Of a stretch of 64,000 nt of DNA, positions 52,753 to 64,000 are shown in pieces; within the stretch, counting starts at the first letter, position 1, and the number at the start of each line of letters is the position of its first letter. Where the stretch lies: NCBI GenBank assembly GCA_038496445.1, contig JALMLS010000075.1, positions 248,001 through 312,000 of the forward strand, read 5' to 3'. Both the position numbers and the translations under genes were made by a program. The DNA comes from Trichosphaerium sp. ATCC 40318 (taxonomy: Eukaryota; Protista; Tubulinea). The notes under the pieces were generated by a model. The model saw only the letters and a list, made by a program, of their open reading frames with translations. It did not search any database and was not told the origin of the DNA.

Positions 52753-52791
52753 GGCGTTTGTTTTCAAAAAAAAAAAAGAAGAATCTACTTG

Positions 52792-52934
52792 TCTCTGAGA
52801 CGTTTTCTTCACTGAACTTTGATGTTACAGTACACCTTTTCTAAACCGATAAATAATTCGTTTCGGTTTACATAAAATGGTACATTGTAGATTCTTGCAT
52901 AGATAACTGTTCCCAACATATAATCTCTGAGAGA
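52792..52934. promoter_or_regulatory. Bidirectional promoter G4 / H-C with TCTCTGAGA(CG) (52792) and TCTCTGAGAGA (52924-52934)
   Basis: Partial and exact motif copies between divergent ATGs at 52752 and 53058. Confidence 0.6.
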
Positions 52935-53057
52935 TAATACCTTAAAAAAGCTATGTACTCTCTCCCAGTCTATTTTGAAGCAACTGTACTATAACATGAC
53001 TGAACCAAAAAAGGTTGTAAGACTTAACAACTGATATTAATCTACCAAATATTACAA

Positions 53058-55983
53058 ATGGCAACTGCTACTCCGGCTATAAAGCCCCGTGAACGTATTG
53101 TCGTAGCTGTAGACTTTGGTACTTCGTTTAGTGGGTTCGCATACTTTAAACCTGGGCATGATACCAAACCGATTAAAAAAGACAATTGGGACTGTCAACC
53201 AACACCATACGTAAAGACCCTCTCAGAGATACTTTACGATGAGGGTGGAAAAATTGTTTCTTGGGGATACGAAGCTAGATCTGACTCTCTTATAGTCCCA
53301 AATACGTTTTTATACAGGTACTGAACTACATAACAAGAATACCCCTTCTTCCAGAGAAATCTCTGTTAATTGCTACCTAGGCACTTTAAGATGGGAATTT
53401 ACGAAAAAACGAACCCTACTGGCATGGTCTATGATGCTACAAACACTCGTAAGTTGTCTACCTTTGATTCGAATTTATGTGTACATCTTTTCAAGGATTA
53501 ACTTTTGATTTAGAACAGAAAAAGGCTATTGATGTGATTGTAGACTACCTCAAGTTGCTTGTACAAGACTTAGAGTCTGAATGGGATAACGCATATGGTG
53601 TTGGGCAATGGGACTTTATAATCCAATGGTGTCTAACAATTCCAGCTATTTGGAGTGATGCCGAAAAAGCGGCAATGATAGAAGCTGCAAAGGTACCTAA
53701 AAGCAACTACCCATTCTGTCACGTGCTAATTGTCTTGGAGGCTGTTGGCATGATATGTGATTCTAACGGTGGTATGAGTAACTTTAGGTTTGCTCTAGAG
53801 CCTGAAGCTGCAGCTGGGTATTGTATCGACATGCGCGAGAGACAAGGACGAAAACTGCGAAACAATGAAACTCTTCTCGTTTTAGATGCTGGTGGAGGAA
53901 CAGTCGATTTGGCTGCTCATAGGTAAGCGGTAGTTACTGTCGGTGTGATACTGATATTCCAATGTAGGTTGGTACAAAACCAACTTGTTGAACTCACTGT
54001 TGGAACCGGTGGTCATTTTGGAGGCTCCAAAATCGATGAAGCGTTCGAACTATTTCTGTCTGACACCTTTGGTGAACCATTGATCAAACAATTCAAGGAG
54101 GACCAACCTGAGGCGTGGCTATCATTTTTAGCGAGCTGGCAAAAGGCTAAAATACGCGTAAAAGATGAATCAAAAAGGATAATCATTAACGTAAGTGAAT
54201 TTTCGGAAAATCTTTCAACATGTAAGTTTTTTTTTAGGTTCCGCCTGCAATGTTCGCTTTGTTGAGTAAGCTTGAGAAGAGTAGTGTATTTGACAAATCT
54301 TCTCGTTCTGTTATCATTCCTAAAGCGAGTGTATTGTTTAAAAGCACTCTAGACAACATCGAAAAGTTGGTTGAAGAGCAATGTAAAGCTATGAAAGAGA
54401 AAACTGGAAATAACTTCGATTACATCTTCATTGTCGGCGGTTTCGGGTCTTCTGTTCTTCTGCAGAACGTAATTAAATCCAAGTTTTGTTCACGTATCAA
54501 TAAGGCAATTGTTGTTCCGAGATACCCTGGCGAAGCTACACTCGATGGTGCAGTGTTAATTGGTAATCACATTTTTTTAATTGTTGCTCGGCTTTGTTAC
54601 TGACCTTTATACCAGGAGCGGATAAGTCGATTATTGCAGCACGTATTATGCGGTACACCTATGGAGTAGAATACACACGTAGTTTTGATGTTTCGAGCGA
54701 TGATATAGCGAGGAAGAAACGCTTTCCAGGCCGTAGTGAAGATGTTTGTGTACGCTGTTTTGATACTTTTGTAAAGTATCAAGATGAAGTCCACGTGGAT
54801 AATGTGATCAAACGGAAGTATCAAGCGGTTTCCCCAAAGCAAGGCATCATTCAAATCAACTTCTTCAAGTCATTTAGCAAATCAGTTAAGTACGTTGATG
54901 CTGGAGAATGTGTTAAGCTCGGTGCTATATCTGTCGATATTAAGAGTACTATTGGGCAAGAAAACCGAGAAGTTGAAGTCCAAATGTCGTTTGGAAGAGA
55001 GCTCATAACTATTACTGCTGTAGATATCAATACCAAAAAAGAATATGATGCGAGTATAAAGTACTCAAGTGCGTCAACATGCACAGAAAACACACGTGTC
55101 GCTTTGTTTTTTGATGTTGTTTATAGCGAGTCTCTTTGAAACAGGTGAATTAGAAGAACCGGAAAACAAGGCTATATCTTTAGACGTATGTTTTGTTATT
55201 GACGTTACCGGTAGCATGGGAAGATATATTGATGGTGTAAAGAAAAATGTTCCGATAATCGTTAAAAACATAGTTGAAGCATGCTCTTGCTTTGGTCATT
55301 CTGCTACAATTCGAATGGCTCTTGCTATGTACCGAGATTTTGTAGATGGTGCTGATAGACTCTCAGGAATTGATTTCTGTCAGTATAGTCCCGACAAGAA
55401 TGAAGACGAATTGAAAAAGGTAGTAGTTGTTGATTCATTCATTCTCACAATATTGTAAAGGTTATTTCGAAGTTGAAACATACCTTCGCTGAAGGCGGTG
55501 GCTCTCCTCCTGAAGAAGATGTGATTGGTGGTTTAGACTACGCCCTATCTTATTCATGGACAGCTGACAAGAAAGTGATGTTTCTCATTGGTGACGCACC
55601 TTGTCATAATCCAAAGGTTAGTATAAACCAGTAAGAAAGAAACCTAATGCTCTTTATAAGTACTCTGGGAGGACATCCGGAGATACGCATCCTGATGCCT
55701 ATACCACTGGGTTTGTTAATCCAGAAAATGTTTTGTCGCACATTAGAAATCAAGGTACATATGACTATCCTTTTTGTCTTAACTTTCGATAGAAATTGAG
55801 CTATTCTTCATAAAGTTGAATGAGTCTACCAACTACATGATAAACTACTTTAAGGGTATTTATGATACAGACGAGCGTAAATTAGAAACCATGAATATGG
55901 TCAATGCCACAAGCAGTGTCGAGATTAATAGGCTGCTTGGTGAACACGTGACAGCAACACTGGTTGCAACTCTGTTTAAATAG
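53058..55983 (+). CDS. Divergent HSPA12-like Hsp70 fused to C-terminal vWA domain (H-C)
   Basis: Close paralog of H-A. After the intron at which H-A enters its tail, the frame continues into LDVCFVIDVTGSM (MIDAS), YRDF, EGGG..PEEDVIGGL, FLIGDAPCH. Confidence 0.88.
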
Positions 55984-56365
55984 TAGCCAGCTCAACTAAT
56001 TACAAATAAATCCCACACTGAAAGTAAGACCTTTGTTGTATTAAGCTGTAGTATTATACGTCTGTAAAACATGTGGGACATATTGATTGTGTTGCTCTTT
56101 GTAACGAGTATAAACAGAATAAAATTATACTTGACAGCAACATGATCTTGTTTTTGTATTATACAATAACTTGTGATAATCGTCTTACACAACTGTTGTC
56201 TAGCAATAAACGCTTGGCGGTGGAACCAAAAGCCAACAATATTTCACTTGAAATCCATTTGTACTACACAACAACTCATTCTTTTCGTCAAGGCATAACA
56301 ACTCAATAGTAATTTTCGGCTTTATTCTTTTGGAGCATTTTCGTCGAATGGTTAATTAAGTACAC

Positions 56366-57894
56366 TCATTTTTGAATGGCACCTTCCCCAGAATTATTTT
56401 GGGCAACAATGGTGGCCGGTACTCGTGGAGTTAATCCGTCTCCTGGTAGTATAGTGATTACATCTGCTTGCTTGATGATACGTTGAGTAATACCACATTG
56501 TAGTCCTGGACGCATGAGAAGCTTTACAATAGGCACAATGGCATTTTGACGAGATTGGTGAGATGCTGGATTGTATTGTTCTTTCGGTCTTGGACGAAAG
56601 TACTTGATTTTCGGGTTCAGTTTACTTTCCATTGTATGTAGCAATGACACAGCCTGCGAAGAAATCTCATGTATCGTTCTTTTAGTTTCCTCGTCTAAGA
56701 ATCCATCAGTAACATAAATAGTGCAAGACTGCTTACCAAGTATGAAGCTAAACGACTTAAACAGCTCGAAAACCGAGTCTCGTACAAGCTGTGATACAGT
56801 CTCAAGCCTTTGTATTACGTTAGATGTGATAGCGTTAAATCAACTTACTTTTTGGGGTCGTCAAGGTCTTCCACTTTGTACTGGAGCTTGTTGTTAAGAG
56901 CGAAGGTTGACCAATTGATAGCAAGAACGCCAAACAACTGCGAATAAAAGAGACTGCTCTCTTCATCTGCGATTGATGTCACCGACCTACAAGTTATTAA
57001 TATAACAAAGTCCACATGGAGAAAAAACCTAAACCCATACGTTACATCAAGATAGAGATTAGATACATTGTCAAAGAACGTTTCATATTGCTCCAAAAAA
57101 TCGCGAACACTGTCATCGTTTTGAGTACCAGAGAGCTTGACCATAAAGCGTTTGTTCTCCTCTTTCTTGGTCTCCAAAATATCATTAAACTTCTCTTGGG
57201 CTGTTTGTAGTTCTTTCGTATGCGACAGATGGTCTTTTTTGATTTTATCTCTGAGAGACTTTACTTCTTTTTGGGCTTCTATTTTTTCTTTTCGTAGCTT
57301 GTTGACTGCGTCACCGTGCTGTTTCTCTAGCGTTGTAATACGATCTTTCAAAGCCTTTTGGTCTCTCTTGTTGGCACGTTGTTCGCTTCCAAGTTTGTTT
57401 TTTTCGGCTTCCCATGCTCTCTTCGCGGTTTGGTGGGTAGCTCTGAGTTCTCGGAGTTTACTGGAATGGTCTGAGTCATTCTTTCGAATTTTTGATCGCA
57501 GGTCGCTCTCTATCGCCTTTGACTTAGCTTTCTCTTCCTTTAGCTTGATGTTCTCTTTCTTGACGCTTGCTAGTTCATCTTTTAACGCTTTTAGAGTAGC
57601 TTGGAGATCGTCTTGTTCTTTTTTTTGGTTTTGTAGATGTTGGTCCCATGTTTGTTGTTGATGCTCGCTTGGTTTGCTACCTTTGCAGACGGTATTCCAT
57701 ACTTTCTTTACGTCATCTTTTGTAAACAACAAGCCAGACGGACCAAAGATCGAGAAATATGGCGCAGCGCTAATTTTAGCGTAGTGAGCGTGATTGAAGC
57801 CGCTCGTACGCAAATAATTCCAAATTACAGTCTCCGCTATACCACGAGCAAATCCAGCCGAGTAAACGTAACTATCAGTACTAATTTCAGCCAT
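56366..57894 (-). CDS. Coiled-coil protein with GrpE/MIEAP-like C-terminal head, paralog G5
   Basis: EENKRFMVKLSGTQNDD, FYSQLFGVLAINWS. Head nearly identical to G4 plus a ~25-aa extension. Confidence 0.82.
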
Positions 57895-57931
57895 GTGTAG
57901 GTAATGATGAAGACGTTTTTAAAGTGACTAA

Positions 57932-57942
57932 TCTCTGAGAGA
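57932..57942. promoter_or_regulatory. Palindrome TCTCTGAGAGA upstream of G5
   Basis: Exact match 37 bp upstream of the minus-strand ATG at 57894. Confidence 0.7.
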
Positions 57943-58141
57943 GTGATTGGCTTAACATCCAATTGTTTAAGTATGTTTGTGGCTGTAAAATTGGTTGTCA
58001 ACGTTTTTATGATAAGATGACAATCTAATTTTATTCCATTTGTCCTTACATGTCTTTCTTGGCATTGGGTTTTTGTACTAGTACTTGCTGTTAAGTCACG
58101 TGAAAATCCGTTCTTTTATCACAAGTATAATCTTCAGTAGT

Positions 58142-61100
58142 ATGTCACAACACGTAATTCTTGCGTTGTTGGCTATAATATTAACCGCAAGCGTTGTACA
58201 CGCGGATGAAAAAACTTTTGATTGCCCTATGCGCGAAATGGCATTGAAATACGCCATGAAGGTACCTGTTTGTATGCCATCCTCTAGAGCTTATAAAACT
58301 TAGGTACAACCGTTTCGTACAAAAGAAAACTTTCAAGATATCGCAGACGCTTTAAATGGCGCTAAAGAAGCTCAAAATTGTTCAATAAAAGTACGTTAAT
58401 GGCCGACTTTAGCCTCAAGACATTATTTTCATTGCTAGCCTAAAATCACGTGTAGGTACCGACAGACTTTGTTGGCGGTAACAGAATACCTTCGTTTCCT
58501 ATTCGCGACGCTCCCAACGCTGAAACGTTTTATGTTGATGCCATACGAGGTATGCTAGCTAACTAGTCACCAAAAAAACGGAAAAATGAAAAGGGAAACG
58601 GTAACTTCTTTTTTAATTGTTGAAAAATAGGAAGCGACTCAAACCCTGGAACAATCAATAAACCTTTCCAAAGTATTCACAAAGCTATTGAAGCACCTTC
58701 TTCATATACAGGAGCAGTCATCGTGCTACGAAAGGGTACTTTCCATTTGAGCAGGTACGAAAAATTCCAAAGAAATGTCTGAAAGGTTTTCGGTTCAGTT
58801 TTTTTTTTCGACCAGGGTGTTGTATTACTACTCTTTAAATCTTTTTGTGGTTTATAGTATCACGTATCTCTGCTAACATCTTTTTCAACAGCACCATTAC
58901 GTTTACGCCCAAATACAATGGCCTTACGATACAAAACTATCCTAACGAAGAAGTGAGTGATAAAATTCCACGTGATTTTCCTTCTCTATTTACCTGTATT
59001 CACCAAAACTTGCTTTAGGTATGGATTAGTGGCGCAAGGTTGATTCAGCCAGAATGGAAACCATACAAAGTGTCCAGCGGTGAGAATATATACGTAACAA
59101 CACTCAGGTATAGTTGTCGTTCTTAAATATTGCTAATAATTTCTTTCAAGTGATGTTGTGAACGTACAAGGTTTGAGAATAAACACTGAAAGGTCAATAC
59201 GGGCTCGTTACCCTAACGCCAATCCAGGTGCGTCTTAAAGAGTTGTATTAGTTTACACGTGTTGATAACAAAACCCTTAGAGTTTGGGTTTGGATCTACG
59301 TTGAAAGCCAAGTCTTGGTTAAAACCAAATCTGCCTACAATACCGAAAGAAGAAATCTTCCCTAAAGTTCCTTTCCGTAATACTTCAACAGAGTTTCAAA
59401 GATACCAACTTGGCATTGGAGGTCCTTGTGAACATTTTACACCTCCAGCTGGGTATTGGTGTGGTAATGAGACCCATGGAGGAGGCGCTGTAACTTACAA
59501 GTACATGATACTTTCGTAATCTGTTCTAAATTACAACACAGAATCCCTACTGGTTTAGTCGCTGATAAAAAAATATTACCAAACACTCCTTACAAAAACG
59601 CCATTGGTGCAGTTATACAAGCGTGGCGTCCCGCACATTGGGCATCATGGATGTTTGAGGTGACAATGATTAGTATTATAAAGCGCTTCTGAAGTAACAC
59701 GTGATGTAGGTTGGCAGTTATGTAGCATCTTCAGGAACTTTTACTTTCTCAAAAGGAGGTTTCCAAGGCGCACGTGGCAATGAGAAAGGAGATGAGTTTT
59801 ACATTGAAAACGTATTTGAGGAGTTAGATAGCGAGAATGAGTGGTTCTTTGATACTCAAACGAAAATGTTGTATCTTTGGTACAACGGCACTGGTTCGCC
59901 TCCAGTAGACACAGTGTTTGAAGTCACGAATCTTAAGGTACATCAAGTAATGCAATAACATATTGACGGTATGCTACAGACATTGTTCACCTACCAAGGA
60001 ACACAGTCAAGCCCTGTAAAAGAAATTGTCTTTAGAGGCGTTGGATTCAAGGATACAGTTTACACTTACCTTGATCCTCATGGTATGCCTTCTGGAGGTG
60101 ACTGGGGTCTTCAACGTTCTGGAGCTCTGTTTTTTCAAGGAACAGAAAAATGTGAAATTGACTCTTGCGTGTTTTCAAAGCTTGATGGTAACGCTATCAT
60201 GATTTCTGGGTACAATCGTAACACCACTATTCAACGAAACGAATTTAAGTGGATTGGTGACTCATGCATAGCCTCTTGGGGTGATGCTAAAGGTAAACTG
60301 GAAATTACACTAAGTTTTAAAAACTTACTGTTTGAGAAGGTACTTTGTACAATATGGGTTGGGATGGTACAGGTGGTGATCAGCCTAGATTTAATATTAT
60401 TAAGAACAATCTAGCTCATGAAACTGGTATCTGGGTACACATAACTCACTATTTTATGCGCATTTGCTTCTAATAACCTGGGGTTTTTTAGGAAAAGCAA
60501 TCGTCTTTTTATTTCCAGGCAAAAACAAGTCAGACTCTATTAGAGGGCAACATATTCTACAACGGTCCTCGTGCTGGTGTCAACTTTAACGATGGATTTG
60601 GAGGTGGTCATTTTATGACAACTAATGTTATTTTCAATACCTGTCGCGAATCTGGAGATCACGTGAGCATACTTTCAATTTATGACTTTTACACTTTGTC
60701 GAACACATCAACTCAATTGTTTCTTGTAGGGACCATTCAATAGCTGGGATCGCCAAGTATGTTTTTATTAACACATCGTTTTAATAGACTCACAACATGT
60801 TAGGTTTATGTTACAAAAGTAAGAGATGGAACACCAAGCACAATCAAAGAGTGGGATGAAATTACAAAGAACTTTATCATTGCAAATTACAACAGGTTTG
60901 GTTTCTATTTGCGAAGTTGATTTCATTAACTGATGCGTTTCTAGTAAAGAGGCAATCGATAATGACGACGGTTCGCGCTATTATAAAACGCATAATAATG
61001 TGTTTGTATACAGTGGAAACGGCATGAAGGTAAGCCAGAAGAAGTTTAATTTCTTTTTCTTCTGATACCTCGTAAGAGCGATTTTGGAGGCCATGACAAC

Positions 61101-61520
61101 CGTCACTACTACAACGTATATGCATACGTTGCAACAGGATTTGAACTTTACAACACTCAATTGGCAGGCCATGAAGATTACTTCTATGGTGTACGCTACA
61201 CAAGTGTATTTCATTTCAGTACTCGCTTACACTCTTGATATTAGAACTACTTAGTAATGACAAAAGATGGCAAGTACGGTACTCCTCAGTGTAAGGCGCC
61301 GGGAAAGACAGTTGTTCATGACAACAAAGTGTTTACACCAAACGCTAAGGTAAGCAAACTCTGACTTAATAAAATTATCTAACACATGATTAAGGTAGAG
61401 GAATGTGGTATGTCTCTTGAAGATTGGCAAAAACAAGGAGGTGATCCAGGAACTACTGTTGGTAAAATTCCTCCTGACGCTGATTTGTTAAAACAAATGG
61501 CCACCACGTTAGATCTGTGA
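58142..61520 (+). CDS. Secreted right-handed parallel beta-helix protein (DUF1565 / GH141-like)
   Basis: Signal peptide; FYVDAIRGSDSNPGTINKPFQSI, VLRKGTF, VWISG, RARYPN, ENVFEELDSENEWFFD, Asn/Gly-rich beta-helix coils, GPFNSWDR, IDNDDGS. Confidence 0.8.
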
Positions 61521-61600
61521 ATCAACCATTCTGCTACCTCACATTAAAATTGCAACTAGTTGAAGAAAGAGTTTATTTTTCTAATAAAAAACGAGTTGTT

Positions 61601-64000
61601 TCAAGGTGTAACAGTTCTAAACTTCCAGTGTTGATTTTCATTTGTATTACTAGAGCCCCACAATTTGACAAGTTGCATTCCGTCTATTAAAAAGCTTAGA
61701 ACTATTTTACACGGAATAATGGTTTCGCTACAAACTTGAACGACAAAAGACATGCAAAAAAAAAAAAATTTATTGTACCTCCTCCGTTGCCACCGTCAAT
61801 TGAGAATCCAGGCGCATTTCTCTTTTCGAGTCTGAATACATTGTTTGAAATGCGAACTACATTAATCTGTTAGTTTATTCAAAACGAATTGATTTGTTGT
61901 ATAATCTTTGTCACGTGCCTTTCTTCCAATGCTGGTTTCGGTTTCCATCTATGCAACGATACAGAGCTACCTTTCTTCCATATGCACCACCATCACCAGC
62001 ATCCAAACAGTGATAGGTAGTGTCTTTTCTGAATCTAAAGAATCCTCCCCCAACACTTTCTTCAACCCACTGTTGGTTGTCGTTGTCGATATTCTCGTAC
62101 CACAGCCATATCTAAAAACAACGCATCAGGAATTGAAGAGACGAGAATCTACGCACTTGTCTGTTATCTTCGACACCAGGTCTACTATCCATTGCAAAAT
62201 TCAAAGCGTTTCCTTTTTGCATTGTGATTATCTTTTTATCATTAGAAGGCAATGGTGGTGGAGGTGTTGAGTTTGGATCACCTTAACATAAAATGTAAGC
62301 AATAGCAATAACGGATTGTTATGTACCGGCAACAGACACTGTTAGTCGTCCATTTGATGCTGCTCCCTAATGCAAGTGAGAAATCGACATTATCCTTATG
62401 TGGTGATCATACTTGAACTGCGAATACGATTGGTCGTCCAGTTAATAATATATCTCCTGAAAGATACAAATAAAACGTTGGTGAGTTCGATTTCACTGGA
62501 GTAGATCTTGTCATTTCGCGATACGTTCCAGGCAGAATAGTATTAGGATTGCCTTCAGAAAAAACAAGTCAGTAAGACCACGTGATGGGTAAGTCGCTTG
62601 GTACCCGAAAAAGTTAATGTCGAAGAACCGTATCTCATTTTCAACTTCAGTGGGTAGTAGAAAGGAGCATTTCCCTTTGAGTAGTGTCAATATAATGTAT
62701 AAAACAGTTGCTTAAAGACGAACCCCATTCCACATTTTTACAGTAACATACAACCTTCCATTTCTGATATCAGTCTCAACACTTTCTGGATAAAACGCAT
62801 ATCCCATCCTCCGAGCATCCTTGATGAATTTAATCGGGAGAAAAACTAAGAAAAAGAAGGCGTACTATAATAGCTCTTTGCTTGACACTATTACTTACGC
62901 CGCTACCAAACAGAGCGCTGGCTCTATAAAAAGTTTGTTAGCACTGTGGGACTCTACGTTCATGTACCCCATCCACGAAGTATGTGAATAATCGACGCTA
63001 TCTTCGTAGTTTTGTGCTGTAAATTTATTGTTTTTACAAGCACCATGAGGATCTATTCAATAGCGTTAACTTGGTTACCAAACAACAAGGAAAGACTATT
63101 GCCTGTTGAGAATATACACAATCCAACATCAGGTCTGAATTCTCCGCCTATTGGAGCTGTTTTCCAGTTATCAAGGCCATCATTCAATTCCATTTGGCCC
63201 ACAAAAGAGTGCTGGTTACCCAAGGTATCACGACACTGTACAAGATATTAAAACGCTGTCACTAGTTGGTTGTCCTTACAAAAGAGTCATCATGGAACCC
63301 AATGTTGAGATCTGATCCTTTGAATGTACCAAGGGCATCAGGATACCTAGCTTGTACAGGAGTGATCTGAAAAGAGCTTTGTGAACTGAGTTAGTTCAAC
63401 AACGGTTGATAAATACTAGTACTCTGTAAATGTTTCAAGGAGCATGTTCAAAAAAGAGTTTGGTGCTTTAGGACAACCTTTTCTTTGGTTCCACTCTATA
63501 TGAACAGTTTAAGGCTATGTAAGTCTATAACAGTTGTCGAGTACCTCCCCAATGTCCATAAAAACCGACTTGAATGACACCTTCGAGCAGTTTAAGAAAA
63601 CAATACAATCGAAAACAAAAACATACCTAAGCGTTCATCTCCATCATACGTTCTACCAAGCTCTTCTATCAAGTTTTTCACAGCATTTCTCAAGTTGGTG
63701 TTGGTATAATCTGGTAAAACGCCTAAAATTCCACGTTACTGAGAATATATCTTGTAAGTGCAAACCATCTTTGTCTCCTTCATCATTGTAGTAAGTGCAA
63801 AAGTTCAAGCCTGGAAGCAAAAACCCTGGAACTGCATCACCAGGATTCAAAGTTACGCTGGGATAGTCAAGGTATACTCGAATGACAGAGTGATGTCCAC
63901 GTGCTGACACTATTTTTGGAATAATGTTAGCAAGTTTGAAAACCATTATTTGTAAACTCCTTGCCTTCGTTTAAATAAGGTTCTAATCCAGTGTTGAATG
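61601..64000 (-). CDS. Putative glycoside hydrolase (DUF4832-like) with C-terminal ricin-B lectin domain; 5' end outside window
   Basis: GFHDDSF, PIGGEFRP, RRMGYAF...NAPFYY (DUF4832-like). Three QxW repeats (NQQW, NQHW, NQHW) with CLD/SIDG motifs. Confidence 0.7.

Noticed and set aside
33775-57661. Antisense ORFs over the coiled-coil genes (e.g. 33775-34158, 57137-57661)
   Set aside because: Ser/Phe/Leu-rich shadows of Lys/Glu-rich sense-strand codons.
6850-59705. Abundant CACGTG hexamers as E-box regulatory sites
   Set aside because: Scattered through introns, splice donors and intergenic DNA with no positional pattern I can support.

Overview
AT-rich, intron-dense eukaryotic DNA with many short introns of roughly 35-90 nt (GT-AG, several apparent GC-AG). 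Gene content suggests a free-living protist, probably an amoebozoan (inference). The first 22 kb hold mostly housekeeping-type genes: a UDP-sugar dehydrogenase, a divergent histone H3, a RING protein, a CBS protein, a C2-ankyrin-SAM-TKL kinase, a TMEM135-like protein, a filamin-repeat protein and an Rh ammonium transporter. From 22.7 to 58 kb the region is dynamic. It has a ~2.5-kb inverted duplication bracketing ~20 kb, a MITE, pseudogene fragments, and two related clusters. In these clusters, divergent HSPA12-like Hsp70 genes (three copies, one fused to a vWA domain) sit beside five paralogous coiled-coil genes whose C-terminal domain resembles the GrpE/MIEAP beta-head. Two pairs are head-to-head. 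Nearly all cluster genes carry the palindrome TCTCT[C/G]AGAGA about 27-45 bp upstream of the ATG. The GrpE-like heads are homogenised within each cluster, while their N-termini and the Hsp70 substrate-binding region are highly variable. This co-regulated, diversifying Hsp70 / GrpE-like module is the best candidate for an undescribed system, possibly in stress response or defence. Gene models were spliced by eye and domain calls rest on motif recognition only; no searches were run.
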